This document shows, piece after piece, positions 50,592-63,390 of a stretch of DNA of 64,000 nucleotides. A program made the position numbers and the translations under genes. The stretch's first letter is position 1, and each line of letters begins with the position of its first letter. The DNA lies in contig NC_073379.1 in assembly GCF_028641065.1 (NCBI RefSeq), forward strand, positions 21,886,001 to 21,950,000, read 5' to 3'. Source of the stretch: Leucoraja erinacea (taxonomy: Eukaryota). Below the pieces are notes generated by a model. It was not told where the DNA came from. It saw only the letters and a program-made list of their open reading frames with translations, and did no database searches.

Positions 50592-53500
50592 ATGTATGAC
50601 GACAATCAAAGGAAAATGGGAGGAGTCACACTATGTAGTTGGAATATAAGGGGTATTAATGAACCTATTAAAAGGGGCAAGATACTAGCTCAGTTGAAAG
50701 CATACAACACGGACATTTCGTTCCTACAGGAAACTCATCTTAAACATCAAGATCAGACGAGATTGAGGGCTAACTGGATAGGCCAAACATTTCACTCTTC
50801 ATTCACTTCTAAATCTAGAGGTACTGCAATTATTATCCGTAAAGGAATTCCATTTAAATCAAAGAATATTATTTCAGATAAGGAAGGGAGATATCTTATA
50901 GTAGCAGGAGAGATCAATAATATGCCAATTACGCTGGTAAATATATATGCGCCCAACTTTGATAACCCTCAATTTTTTAATAAAATTTTGAATAAAATTG
51001 CCGAATTTAATTATCAAAATGTTATAATCGGAGGAGACTTCAACTGTGTTTTAGACCCTTATTTAGATAAATCGATGCAAAAACAAAAAGGTAATATGAA
51101 ATCTAAAACCAGTGAACTCTTACATACATATATGGAAAACACAAATATAGCAGATGTATGGAGGATTGCAAATCCGACGGGAAGGGACTACTCGTTCTAT
51201 TCAACAGTGCATAAAACATATTCACGGATAGATTATTTTCTTGTGGATACAAAATTAATTACACACACTATGAATCCTAAATACCACATTAATGCGATTT
51301 CAGATCACTCTCCTTTAACCTTTGTTTTAAAATTAGAGGGAATATCTATGAATAAATCGTTCTGGAGGTTTAATTCGCAACTTTTAAAAGACCCACAAGG
51401 GAGTATATATCTAAAAAAACAGATGGACTTATTCTTTGAGATAAATGATACACCAGATATATCCCCCACGCTATTATGGGAATCCTTTAAAGCATTTATT
51501 AGAGGAGTCATTATTTCATTTCAAGCTTACCAAAATAAAAAGAATAAGAAAGAACAAAGACATTTAGAAGAACAAATAAAACAATTAGATACAGATAATG
51601 CTAAAGATCCAACTATGGATAAACATAATAAAATCCTATTATTGAAATTCAAGCTGAATAAATTATTGTCAGAGAAAGTTATAACATTATTCCAAGTTAC
51701 AAAACAAGAACACTTTGAATTCGGGGACAAACCCCACAAACTCTTAGCACGCCAGTTGAAAAAACGGGAAAAAGAGAATGCAATACTAAAGATTAAATCA
51801 GATAGTGGGGAATTATTAACACTACCCAAGGATATCAATAAAAGATTTGCTCAATTCTACGAAAATCTATATACATCTAAAACGTCAATAGATAATAATA
51901 AAATTTCAGAATTTCTGGAAGATTGTAACCTTCCAAAATTAGAATTGAGGGAACAAGAGGAACTGGGAGCAATAATTACTTCTAAGGAGATAGAAGACAC
52001 AATAAAAACACTAAAGAATGGTAAAACACCAGGACCAGACGGATTCAGTAGTGAATTCTATAAAGCCTTTTATGATATAGTTACCCCACGATTACAGAAA
52101 ATGTATACACACGCTTTTAAAGAGCAAAGCTTACCCGAAACATTAGCAGAATCAACGATCACATTAATACTTAAAAAAGATAAAAACATAGAAGAACCAG
52201 GCTCATATAGAGCTATTGCTTTGTTAAATACGGATCAAAAAATAATAGCGAAAACACTAGCCAGTAGATTAAGCAGGTACGTTAGTAGATTAATAAATAG
52301 AGATCAAACAGGATTATACCTAAGAGACACTCATTCAATAATTTGAGACGTTTGCTTAACATAATGTACTCACATAAACCTCACGACCAAGAGTTATCTA
52401 TTATCTCACTGGACGCAGAAAAAGCGTTTGATCAAGTAGAATGGGATTATATGATTAAAGTAGTGCAAAAATTCCAATTGGGAGAAAACTTTATCGCATG
52501 GATAAAACTATTATATAACAAACCTACGGCTAGAATATTAACTAATAATATCTTATCCTCGAAATTTGAACTATCAAGGGGCAATAGACAAGGATGCTCA
52601 TTATCACCGCTGTTATTTGCTTTGGTAATTGAACCCCTTGCTGAAAAAATAAGAACACATCCGGATATTTATGGTTATAATACAAAATACTCAAAGAATA
52701 AAATATCCCTATATGCCGATGATGTACTACTGTACATCACAAAACCACAAATTAGTATACCAAACATATTAAACTTAATTGAGGACTTTGGATCCTTTTC
52801 AGGATATAGAATAAATTGGAACAAAAGTGAAATTATGTCGATAAAACCAAAAGACTCAACACAGCTTCGGAAATTTCCCTTTAAAATAGCTACAGAAAAA
52901 TTCAAATATTTGGGAATTGAAATTACTAGAAATTACCAGGATATGTTTAAAGCCAATTATAATCCTTTACTCAAGAAATTGAATAATCTGATTAAATTCT
53001 GGAAAACACTTCCGATGTCCTTAATAGGCAGAATAAATGCTATTAAAATGGTTTTCTTACCACAAATTCTATACCTATTTCAATCAATACCTATATACCT
53101 CCCAAAAAAGTTTTTCAAAAAATTGGACTCAGACATTACAAATTTTATATGGGATTATAAATCCCATAGAATACAAATAGCACACCTTAATAAACGAAAA
53201 GAGCTGGGGGTCTAGCGCTCCCTAACTTTATGTATTATAACTGGGCAGTAAATATTAAAAATATGATTCACCTGCTGGACAATTCTGCACAGCAGGCGGA
53301 CTGGATGGTAATGGAAAAAGGGGACTGCTCCCCGAGTAATATAGGAGCGACCATCCTCTCACCAACAAATTTGAATAATAAAAATTATAATAAAAATCCA
53401 ATTATACATAACACAATAAGAACATGGAAACAAATAAAACAGACTTTAAAATTAAGAAACCTATCTCTTTTAATACCAATAGTCAATAATCCATCGTTTA

Positions 53501-54381
53501 AACCATCAATCATAGACAAATCATTTATACAATGGGAAAGAATGGGAATTAAAACGCTCGAAGATCTGTATGAATTGGGGAATTTACTATCATTTCAACA
53601 ACTACAACTGAAATATAATTTGAAAAATAACCAATATTTTAAATATCTTCAAATTTGTGATTATCTGAAAAAACACACAAAAGACTATCATAATATGTCT
53701 TCCGACTTATTGGATGAAGCAATGAAGACCAAGGCGGAATCAGCTAATTTAATATCGTACCTATATAATATCATTTTAAACATAGAAATACCCACAACAG
53801 ATGGAATTAGAAAAGATTGGGAACAAGAATTAGCTATAAAAATCTCAAAAGAGACCTGGGATAATCATTTACTACAGGTGCATAAATGTTGGATCAACGT
53901 ACGACATACGCTCATCCAATTTAAAACATTACATAGATTATATTATTCAAAAACTAAATTAAATAAAATCTTCCCTAATGTTTCACCAATCTGTGATAAA
54001 TGCCTATGTCAAGAAGCTACCATAGCGCACTCTTTTGTTTTTTGTACAAAAATCCAAAAATTCTGGTATGAAATATTTGATATTTTTTCAAAATTGATCA
54101 ATATAAAACTGGTACCAAAACCAGAATGGATTATCTTCGGAATATCGGAAGGTAACCCTGAATTAAACGTGTTTCAGAAGAATTTAATTAATTACGGGCT
54201 AATAATGGGAAAAAAGCTTATACTTAAATTCTGGAAAAATGCGCCGACACCAACAATAAAAATGTGAATATCAAATATGTTTGAAACATTACATCTGGAA
54301 GAGATGAGATTCCTCCTAGCAGGTAAAGCAGACCAATTCCAAAAGACGTGGTCTATGTTTCTGGACCTATTACAAGTATGA
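50592..54381 (+). pseudogene. L1 ORF2p (APE endonuclease, RT, CCHC) with two frameshifts and one nonsense codon
   Basis: SWNIRG, LQETH, GGDFN, SRIDY, SDH; RQGCSLSPLLF, YADD; CDKC..H....C. Breaks at ~52315, ~53208 and TGA at 54265-54267. Confidence 0.93.
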
Positions 54382-54811
54382 GGTGCAATAGTAATCTAAA
54401 AAAAACAAATATATAAATAAGCGGAATCAGGACCTGGTAACGGGAGGTAAAATAACAAAAACAGACTTGGTTGGTAGTCCCCTTTCTGCGGAGTTTAATG
54501 TTATAATAGAGCGATTGTTTCTATTTTCTCTTTCTCTCTTTTCTAGGGTCTATTTTCTCACTTTACTTCCTTCTCTAACTTCTTTCCTAAGGGGCTTTTT
54601 TTTCCTTACACTCTTGCACTGCACGACTCTCTTGCACTTTCTTTACTTTCCTTACTTCTACCTTTTTCTTAAAGCTCAAAAAAAAAAAATGAAGCGGTAC
54701 TAAAAATGTATTAAGATATATGTGTTGTGTAGAATTGTAATTTACCGTACTTCTAATAAAAAAAAAATAAAAAAATAAAAAAAAATAAAAATAAAAATAC
54801 AAGTCAAGCAC

Positions 54812-57370
54812 AATACAAGGGCATCTCGACATTATTATATATCACCTGTCAGGTGGCCCACGCCACCATCCCCTCTCGGAGCCAATCATAAGCCTCCCAT
54901 TTACTGCAACATATCTATGCTACTAGCGGTAGGAGGCGCGGGTGATCTACTGTGACTTTTCACAAAAGAAAAGAAACTTCCTTATCTCCTCTACTACTAT
55001 TTCATGTTTACATTTACCGTCCATCCTTCAACACATTCCCAGACAAGAGGTAATACGTCTAATCTTTGCCGATTCCCCCAACCTCTTCCGCACCTGGTTA
55101 AGCGAGACCTGGGGTGGGAGATTGCATTCGTCAGGTTGGACCACGTGAAGGTTGCAATCAACCTAGCGAGCACAAACAGAAGATCAAACAGAACAAGTTG
55201 TCTTACAACTTTAGGCTGTGCACGACATACGCAACAAGAGGAAGCGAGAGCTGCCAATTGTCACATCCAAAATACCCTTCCGTTACCTTTTCAGTTCCAA
55301 TCAAAATTAAGTAAGGAAGGATATTAACTTTTCTTCCACAGTTCCCTCCTTGATCTCTATGATCAACACATAGTAAGAAAGGATTTTAATATTTTCTCTC
55401 ATTAATCAGTTGCAAAAATGGAGGCATACATGTCCGATTATAATTTTGGTTGGAACCCGTCCTTGAGCAAGCAAAGAGATACCTCTTTGTACATGCAAAG
55501 GGATATGAGCACACACCAAACATTCTAATCAGATAAGGAAGCTTGTTTTTCTTATAGCAGCGAGTTCACTGTGTTCTGTGAGTTGTTTGTAGGATTTCAT
55601 ACTGCAACAAACTTTCTACCCTCCTCCTATTTCTTGCAACTATCAGGATGCCTCACTTCTCCGTCATATCCTCTCTGATCCCACACGGTGTTAGTATATT
55701 CATAAGAATTCGATTCTACTAAGATAGTTAATAACACTTTTTTTTATCACTACAAAATATTACGGTTCTTGTGTTTTCTTCTCTTCGAGGGTTCCGTCTG
55801 AGTGATGCAGTTTACATCTGGTGACATGTACCCAATCAGGTTTTTCTTTTACTTTTACTGCTATTCATAATAGCAGCACCAAATATGGTCCTTTCCATCT
55901 AGAGGAGGGAGAATCTTTACTCATTGCTCGCACATAAACCTGATCTCCTGGTTTAAACGGGTGCATATTTCCTTCTGTTTTTATTTTTATTTGTTGTGTA
56001 TGTGTGTGGGTGTGTGTGTGGGGGGCGGGGGGTGGGGGAAACTTTTAAAATCTATCCCCTGCATGGAGAACCCGGCCATTTCCCTGTCGGGTCTCCGTTG
56101 TCATTGGGGCCTAGCACCGTGGAGCGACCTCCAGCAGGAACGACCTGGGGCTGCAGTCGCGGAGCCTGCGGACGTACTCACCATCATGGAGCTGGCCGAG
56201 TTCGGAGCGGGAGGAGCGGTGGTGGCGCGCTGCTGCATTCCGACCCCGGGGATTCAGAGGCTTACCGCAGGTCTGGTGGACGGTGACACCGGAGCCCGCG
56301 GGTCCCTGCTGGGAGACCGCTTTTCGGGGCTTCCGCAACGGCGACTTCACCCGCCCGAGTTGCGGGGTTGAAGAGTACCTGGAGCGGGGCCTTACATCAT
56401 CGCCCGGCGTGGCTTGGAATGTCTGTGGGACTTTGCTAGTGCCCGCCGGGGGCTCCAACAACAAGACCCGGAACGTGGCCTTGCATCGCCCGGCGTGGCT
56501 TTAATGGCCGCGGGAGAATTGCCATCGCCCACCGGGGGCTTTGACTTTGACTCTGACATTGGGAGAGGAATGGGAAGTGCAGGGGAGAGATAGGTTTTTG
56601 CCTTCCATCACAGCGAGGAGGAGATGCGCTGTGATGGATGTCTGTGTAAATTGTGTTGTGTCTTGGTTCTTTCTTGTGTGTATGACTGCAGAAACAACAT
56701 TTTGTTTGAACCTCAATGGGGTTCAAATGACAAATAAATTGCATTGTATTGTATTGTATTGTATTCTGCCGGAAGGACCTGGTGCCTGCTTAACCTTCTC
56801 ATGTATTGTATTCTGCCAGAAGGACCTGCGCCTGCTTAACCTTCTCATAGATTTTACCACCTGTTTCACTCATGGCTTGAGCATATTTTAAGGATTTTTC
56901 ATCATTCCAAATTAGGACTACCTTCTCAGGAGTCATCGAGGGTCGGGTTCCTCTTGTCATAGGTCATCCCATCAAAATCTTGTGAGGTATTAGGCCCGTG
57001 TTTCTATTTTTCTGATTTCTCAGGGCATACATCGCTATGGCATGGTGTCTGGCCACAACAACCTATTTGGCATACTTTAGCCAAAGTTGCTTTTTCCCCT
57101 CCACTTACTCTTTCTACCATCCCTGAGGGCTATGGTTGATATGGTATGTGTAATTTCCACTGGAACCCAAGAGCCTTCGACAAGTTCTGAACCAATTTAC
57201 TGGTGAAATGAGTTCCTCTGTCACTGTTTATTCCCATGGATATCCCGAATCTAGGTATTATTTCTTTCATTTAAAATATTGACTACCGTCCTTACATCAT
57301 CCCTTTTTGTGGGGTATGTAGCGGCAGATTTTTATATTGTTCAAGAGATTGCTCCCTCCAGCCACCAAGG
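54812..57370 (-). mobile_element. Class I (gamma/epsilon-like) endogenous retrovirus remnant: integrase and probable env
   Basis: Minus-strand KEIIPRFGISMGINSDRGTHFT...HIPYQP*PSGMVER (D-x35-E, ~57110-57270); HPFKPGDQVYVR..RWKGPYLVLL..AVKV..WVH (~55810-55965); ECLVCAHIP env-like motif at ~55500. Confidence 0.75.
55111..55241 (+). mobile_element. HDV-ribozyme-headed retroposon, copy 3 (ribozyme core inverted)
   Basis: 12-bp TSD AAGCGAGA(C/G)CTG (55100-55111 / 55242-55253); 55127-55152 is the reverse complement of the P3-L3-P1'-J4/2 core. Confidence 0.8.
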
Positions 57371-57399
57371 AGACTACATGGTTAAGGAGAATGTCATAA

Positions 57400-59694
57400 G
57401 ACGCATGTGAGCTCTCCGAGAAACCTTCAGAGCTTCTTCACTGATCTCTCCTATTTCTTCCGCGTCTCCATGCGTCACACACCACGTGACGTCATTTACA
57501 CATATAAAGGGGGTTGCTGGCTGCTAAATGGAACTTCTTGCACACATGTGGGGCAGTTGATGGGAAGCATGTGGCCATCTGGTGTCCACCCAGGGTGGTT
57601 CTATGTACTTTAACTACACAAAGTTCCATTCCATCGTGCTGTTAGCTGTGGTCCATGCAAACTACAACTTCCTGTTTGTGGATGTGGGCACACATAGAAA
57701 CATAGAAACATAGAAATTAGGTGCAGGAGTAGGCCATTCGGCCCTTCGAGCCTGCACCGTCATTCAATATGATCATGGCTGATCATCCAACTCAGTATCC
57801 CGTACCTGCCTTCTCTCCATACCCTCTGATCCCCTTGGCCACAAGGGCCACATCTAACTCCCTCTTAAATATAGCCAATGAACTGGCCTCAACTACCCTT
57901 TGTGGCAGAGAGTTCCAGAAATTCACAACTCTCTGTGTGAAAAAAGTTCTCCTCATCTCGGTTTTAAAGGATTTCCCCCTTATCCTTAAGCTGTGACCCC
58001 TTGTTCTGGACTTCCCCAACATCGGGAACAATCTTCCTGCATCTAGCCTGTCCAACCCCTTAAGAATTTTGTAAGTTTCTATAAGATCCCCTCTCAATCT
58101 CCTAAATTCTAGAGAGTTGCCGCAGTGCCGCAGATGGAGGGATCTGGAGAGAGACCTCCCTTGGGCAAGCACTGGAAGAAGGGAGAGCAGGCCTTCCTGA
58201 TCCTTCAGTGCAACCTTTTCGTGTAGTGGAAAAAGCAGTACCTCTGCCGGGAGAAGACAACCCTGACATCCCCCACGCACTGGTTGGTGATGATGCCTTC
58301 GAACTCAGGCCATGGACGATGAAGCCATCCCCTCAGAGGCAGATGTCATGGGAGCAAAGGATCTTTAATTACAGGCTGTCCAGGGCTCAGAGGGTCGTGG
58401 AAAATGCCTTTGGTATCTTTGCTAGCAGATTCAGATTTCTGCTGACCACAATGGAGCATGAGCCTCGAGAATGTGCAGACCATTGTCTACATGGCCATGT
58501 GTCCTCCACAACCTGATCTGCAGCAGAGGTGCAGCAGCAGCCATGGTGGAGGGTGGCACAGTGGACAAACAGACAGGAAATGTCACACCGGGTTCATGGC
58601 GAGCTGGAGGACAGGCTGCACCAATGGTGGCACTGGGCACATTGCAAGGAAACACCTGCAACAAAAGAGCCAAGGAGCAGAGAGACCATCTCTGCGCTTA
58701 CTACAACTAGACAGTGTACTCTGGCAGAACGACATGTGCTGAAGATCAGCAGCTGACATCCCACACCACAAACGGAGGACCACCACTACAGGAACTGATC
58801 TAATAAAAGGAGGATCTATGTATGTTAATGGAGGATTTTTGTATGTGAAACTAGTAATACTGTGATAATAATAATACCTCACGCATCGGACTTTCTTTGA
58901 AATGCCATACTTTTAAAAACGGTTAAATGCCTTTGTCTGCTTTATATGGTGTTTCATGACACATTTTGCATTTCAATGCAGTTCAATGTCTGTGTGTGTT
59001 TTATTTATCTAGTAAATCGAGGTTTCTATATGTGAGATGCATTCCATGATTAGACGTGGTTTCCATATGTGAGATCAATGCCATGATTAACAAACTGCTT
59101 TTTCCACTACACGAAAAGGTTACACTGAAGTTAAATAGTCAAGTTGTAGGTGAACTTATTTGACTTTATAAGAATTAAATTATTTAGTGCAAACAATCAA
59201 ATAATGTATTGAAAAACAAGAAACAAATTTTTAATGTGCAACACAAGTGAACAGAATAATAAATGTTGGTTAGAGAGCATCATTCTGGGAAGAAAATCGA
59301 TTCCGTGGCAAGAAACGCGGTGAGTGTGGTCAGGATTTTCAAATCGCGCGCGCTTTTAATGCTAACGCGAAAAAGGCGGGCCGACTGATTTTGGGCGTCA
59401 CACGGTGTCTCGCGGTGACATCATCACGCAACGCCACGCGCTACGTGTACGACATCAAGACGCTTGCGTGCGACCGCAATACGCCTGCGTATGCGCTACG
59501 TCAGGGCGGAGGCGAGCGAAGATTTAATTCGCTTCAAAATCCCGGAGCGCCCAGCAATACCGCGCACAACCCCATACCGCTCCGCGCTTCTCCATGGGAC
59601 CGGCCCCGCGAGGCCACATGATGCTCGTGCGCCTTAACGTGACGACGCGGTCACGTAATTAGCGTGCCAAAGACATGCAAGTGGGACATGGCCT
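57400..59694 (+). mobile_element. PIF/Harbinger transposon remnant (DDE transposase pseudogene), CR1 nested at 57693-58112
   Basis: GAVDGKHV, YFNY.KFHSIVLLAVV, VGDDAF.L, FNYRLSRA.RVVENAFG and CVLHN motifs; right TIR AAGTGGGACATGGCCT followed by TAA. Confidence 0.85.
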
Positions 59695-61529
59695 TAAGAC
59701 GGCTCCCAGTTTGCATAGAGCCTGTCTTCCCAGTTACGTGAGTTTCATTTAACTCGGTACACGGGGCAATGATAAACCTAAATTATTGTGATGTTGCAGG
59801 ATATAGGAGCTCCTTTTTCGTGCAACATCCCACTAGTTTACATTTACTATTGTCAAGTAACCCAGGGACAGTGGAAACCTAGACAGAGAAATAGACAGTG
59901 ATGGCTTTGTTTTGCATGCTACCCATACAGAATATATGTTATACAAAAATGCAATCAAGTCAAGCTGTCAATTTTTTCAGTGACAAATTGAAAGGAGCAG
60001 CAGAAGATGACAGAAGATTTGCCTGGGTAACTCAACTCCCATACTGTAAATATGTCAGAGATTCAAACTTACACCCAATACACAGTATCACATAAAAGGA
60101 AGGTTGATAGTGTTGAGACAACATTCTTCTCGTGTGGTCTTTCTTGTACATCACAAGCATAAGCAAGGCTATTAAAGCATGACCACTGACTGCTCAAACC
60201 CAAGCCAAGTCAGTGGATATATTTAAGGCAGAAATAGATAGATTCTTGATTAGTACAGGTGTCAGAGGTTATGGGGAGAATGCAGAAGAATGTGGTTAGG
60301 AGGGAGAGATACTGTAGATCAGCCATAATTGAATGGTGGAGTAGACTTGATTGACCGATTGGCCTAATTCTACTCCTATCACTTATGACCTGCGCAAGCA
60401 CATTTAACTGCAGACATGAGAGGCATAGATAGGGTAGATAGTCAGAAGCTTTTACCCAGGATGGAAATGTCCAAGTTTAATGGAGATGTGGGGCAAGTTG
60501 TTTTACACAGAGGGCGAGGGGGCCTGGGGCACATTCCCCAGGGTGGTGGTGGAAGCAGATACGATGGTGGAAGCAGTGGTGTTTAAGAAGCTTTCAGGCA
60601 GGCACATGGATAGGCAAAGAATGAACAGATATGGATCAGTTGCAGGCAGATGAGATCAGTTCAGCTGTTTGGCATGTTTGACACAAACATTGTGGGCTGA
60701 AGGGTCCATTCCTGTGCTGTGCTACTTTATGTTCTTCAGAGGTTGGGTTAATTGGCAGGAGGGTTTAAGTGACAAAGGCTAAAGATGAAAAAAGGAGACA
60801 AAAGGGTGTCAGGAGATGAGGAGAGAAGAGAAGTGCAATGTGATCACAGTCGCTGCCTCAAAAAGGCTGGCAGTATCATCAAAGACCCACACCATCCTGA
60901 CCACACATTCATCTCCCTGCTACCTTCAGGTAGAAGGTACAGGAGCCTGAAGACTGCAACAACCAAGTTCAGGAATAGCTACTTCCCCACAGCCATCAGG
61001 CTATTAAACCTGGCTCGGACAAAACTCTGATTATTAATAACCACTTTCTGTTATTTGCACTTTACCAGTTTATTTATTCATGTGTGTATATATTTATATC
61101 ATGGTATATGGACACACTTATCTGTTTTGTAGTAAATGCCTACTATTTTCTGTGTGCTTAAGCAAAGCAAGAATTTCATTGTCCTATACAGGGACACATG
61201 ACAATAAACTCACTTGAACTTGAACTTGAAGCCAGAAAGGGATGGAGTTTGGTGTTGAAATCCCCACAGGTGGAATTAGTTGTGATGTGAATTTATCCTT
61301 CAAGGGCTAATCATATTATAAAAGTTCTTCTAAAAATGCTAACTGATGGTAACCAAATGGTAACACCATCTTAGTTGTTTACAACAATTATCCTTTATCT
61401 TAACTGCATCTTAAAGAAGTTGATGACATTTCCTCATCACCCACAACAAATGTGTGTTGCAACCTCTGCATTGATTAAGATCTTGCTAGTTCCTCCCTGA
61501 AGAAGGAACTTGGCCCTAAATATCATCTA

Positions 61530-62942
61530 CAATGCATTCAGAAAGTATTCAGACCCCTTCACTTTTTCCACATTTTGTTACGTTACAGCCTTATTCTAAA
61601 ATTGATTAAATTCATTTTTTTATCATCAATCTACATAAAATACCCCATAATTAAAAAGCGAAAACAGGTGTTTAGAAATTTTTGCAAAGTAATTAAAAAT
61701 AAATAACTGAAATATCACATAAACATAAGTATTCAGACCCTTTACTCAGTATTTTGTTGAGGCACCTTTGGCAGAGATTACAGCCTCAAGTCTTCTTGGG
61801 TATGATGCTACAAGCTTGGCACACCTGTGTTTGGATAATTTCTCCCATTCTTCTCTGCAGATCCTCTCAAGCTGTCAGGTTGGATGGGTAGCGTCGATTC
61901 ACAGCTATTTTCAGGACCCTCCAGAGATGTTCGATCGGGTTCAAGTCCGGGCTCTGGTAGGGCCACTCAAGGATATTCACAGACTTGTCACAAAGCCACT
62001 CCTGCATTGTCTTGTCTGTGTGCTTAGGGTCATTGTCCTGTTGGAAGGTGAACCTCCGCCCCAGTCTGAGGTCCAGAACGCTCTGGAGCAGGTTTTCATC
62101 AAGGATCACTCTGTACTTTGCTCCGTTCATATTTCTCTCGATCCTGACTAGTCTGCCAGTTCCTGCCACTGAAAAACATCCCCACAGCATGATGCTGCCA
62201 CCACGTTTCACCGCAGGTATGGTATTGGCCAGGTGATGAGCGGTGCCTGGTTTCCTCCAGACGTGGCACCTGGCATTCAGGCCAAAGAGTTCAATCTTGG
62301 TTTCATCAGACCAGAGAATCTTGTTTCTCATGGTCTGAGAGTCCCTTAGGTGCCTTTTGACAAACTCCAAGTGGGCTGTCATGTGCCCTTTACTGAGGAG
62401 TGGCTTCCATCTGGCCACTCTACGATAAAGGCCAGATTGGTACAGTGCTGCAGATATAGTTGTCCTTCTGGAAGGTTCTCCCATCTCCGCAGAGGAACTC
62501 TGGAGCTCTGTCAGGGTGACCATCGGGTTCTCAGTCACCTCCCTGACCAAGGCCCTTCTCCCCCGATTGCTCAGTTTGGCCGAGCGGCCAGTTCTACGAA
62601 GAGTCCTGGTGGTTCCAAAATTCTTCAATTGAAGAATGACAGAGGCCACTGTGCTCTTCGGTACCTGCAATGCTGCAGAAATTGTTTTATACCCTTCCCC
62701 AGATCTGTGTCTCAACACAATCCAGTCTCGGAGGTCTACGGACAATTCCTTCGTCTTCAGGGCTTGGTTTTTGCTCTGACATGCACTGGCAACTGTGGGA
62801 CCTTATATAGACAAGTGTGTGTACCTTTCTATATCATGTCCAATTTAATTTACCACTAGGGGACTCCAATCAAGTTGTAGAATCATCTCATGGATAATCA
62901 TTGGAAACAGGATGAACCTAAACTCAATTTTGAGTGTCATAG
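61530..62942 (-). mobile_element. Tc1 (IR/DR-type) transposon, one end truncated
   Basis: TA then CAATGCATTCAGAAAGTATTCAGACCCC terminus; inner direct repeat AAGTATTCAGACCC at ~61727. Confidence 0.9.
61745..62760 (-). pseudogene. Tc1 DD34E transposase pseudogene
   Basis: ORF 61867-62745 has paired-like HTH, WSDETK, QDNDPKH and SPDLNPIE. The start codon appears to be ATG>CTG at 62760; a frameshift near 61870 cuts off the ...GASTKY end. Confidence 0.88.
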
Positions 62943-63341
62943 GGGATGTCAGGGTTCTGTCAGAGCCGCTGAATTACTCCAGCACTTTGTGTGCTGCACA
63001 AGATCCCAGCATCTGCAATTTATTGTCTGAGAAGCTCTCAGAACTGTTTTTATATGTTTAATCCTTTGTTATATACTGCTTTTGTTATAAACAGGGAACC
63101 ATCTTGCTTGTTCCTTCCTGGTCTACTTTCTGAGAATTTTGCAAAATTAAAAAATGAAGATATCAGTGAAGTACGGTGTTGATTTGAAATGTTGCTGGTG
63201 TATTTTGCAATGCACCAGAAACAGCTCAGCACCCAGAGGAAACCACAACATTCAGAGAAGTGCAGGAAGCAGCAAGGAGTCTTGGTTCCACCGAGCCAAA
63301 GAGAACGCCAGTGGCATCTGAGAGCTCTATGAGAGAGGAGA

Positions 63342-63390
63342 ATGCTGTTCATTCTGCTTTGCACCATTGCCCTGCCTATCTCCGCTGATC
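63342..63390 (+). CDS. Candidate signal-peptide first exon of an unidentified downstream gene
   Basis: agaATG MLFILLCTIALPISAD followed by a perfect GTAAGT phase-1 donor, in non-repetitive sequence, with an in-frame stop just upstream. Confidence 0.45.

Larger units (their letters stand above)
48456..54795 (+). mobile_element. Full-length L1-clade LINE (~6.3 kb)
   Basis: 16-bp TSD AATACAAGTCAAGCAC (48440-48455 / 54796-54811), TT/AA target site, ORF1 plus ORF2, AATAAA and A-rich tail. Confidence 0.95.
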
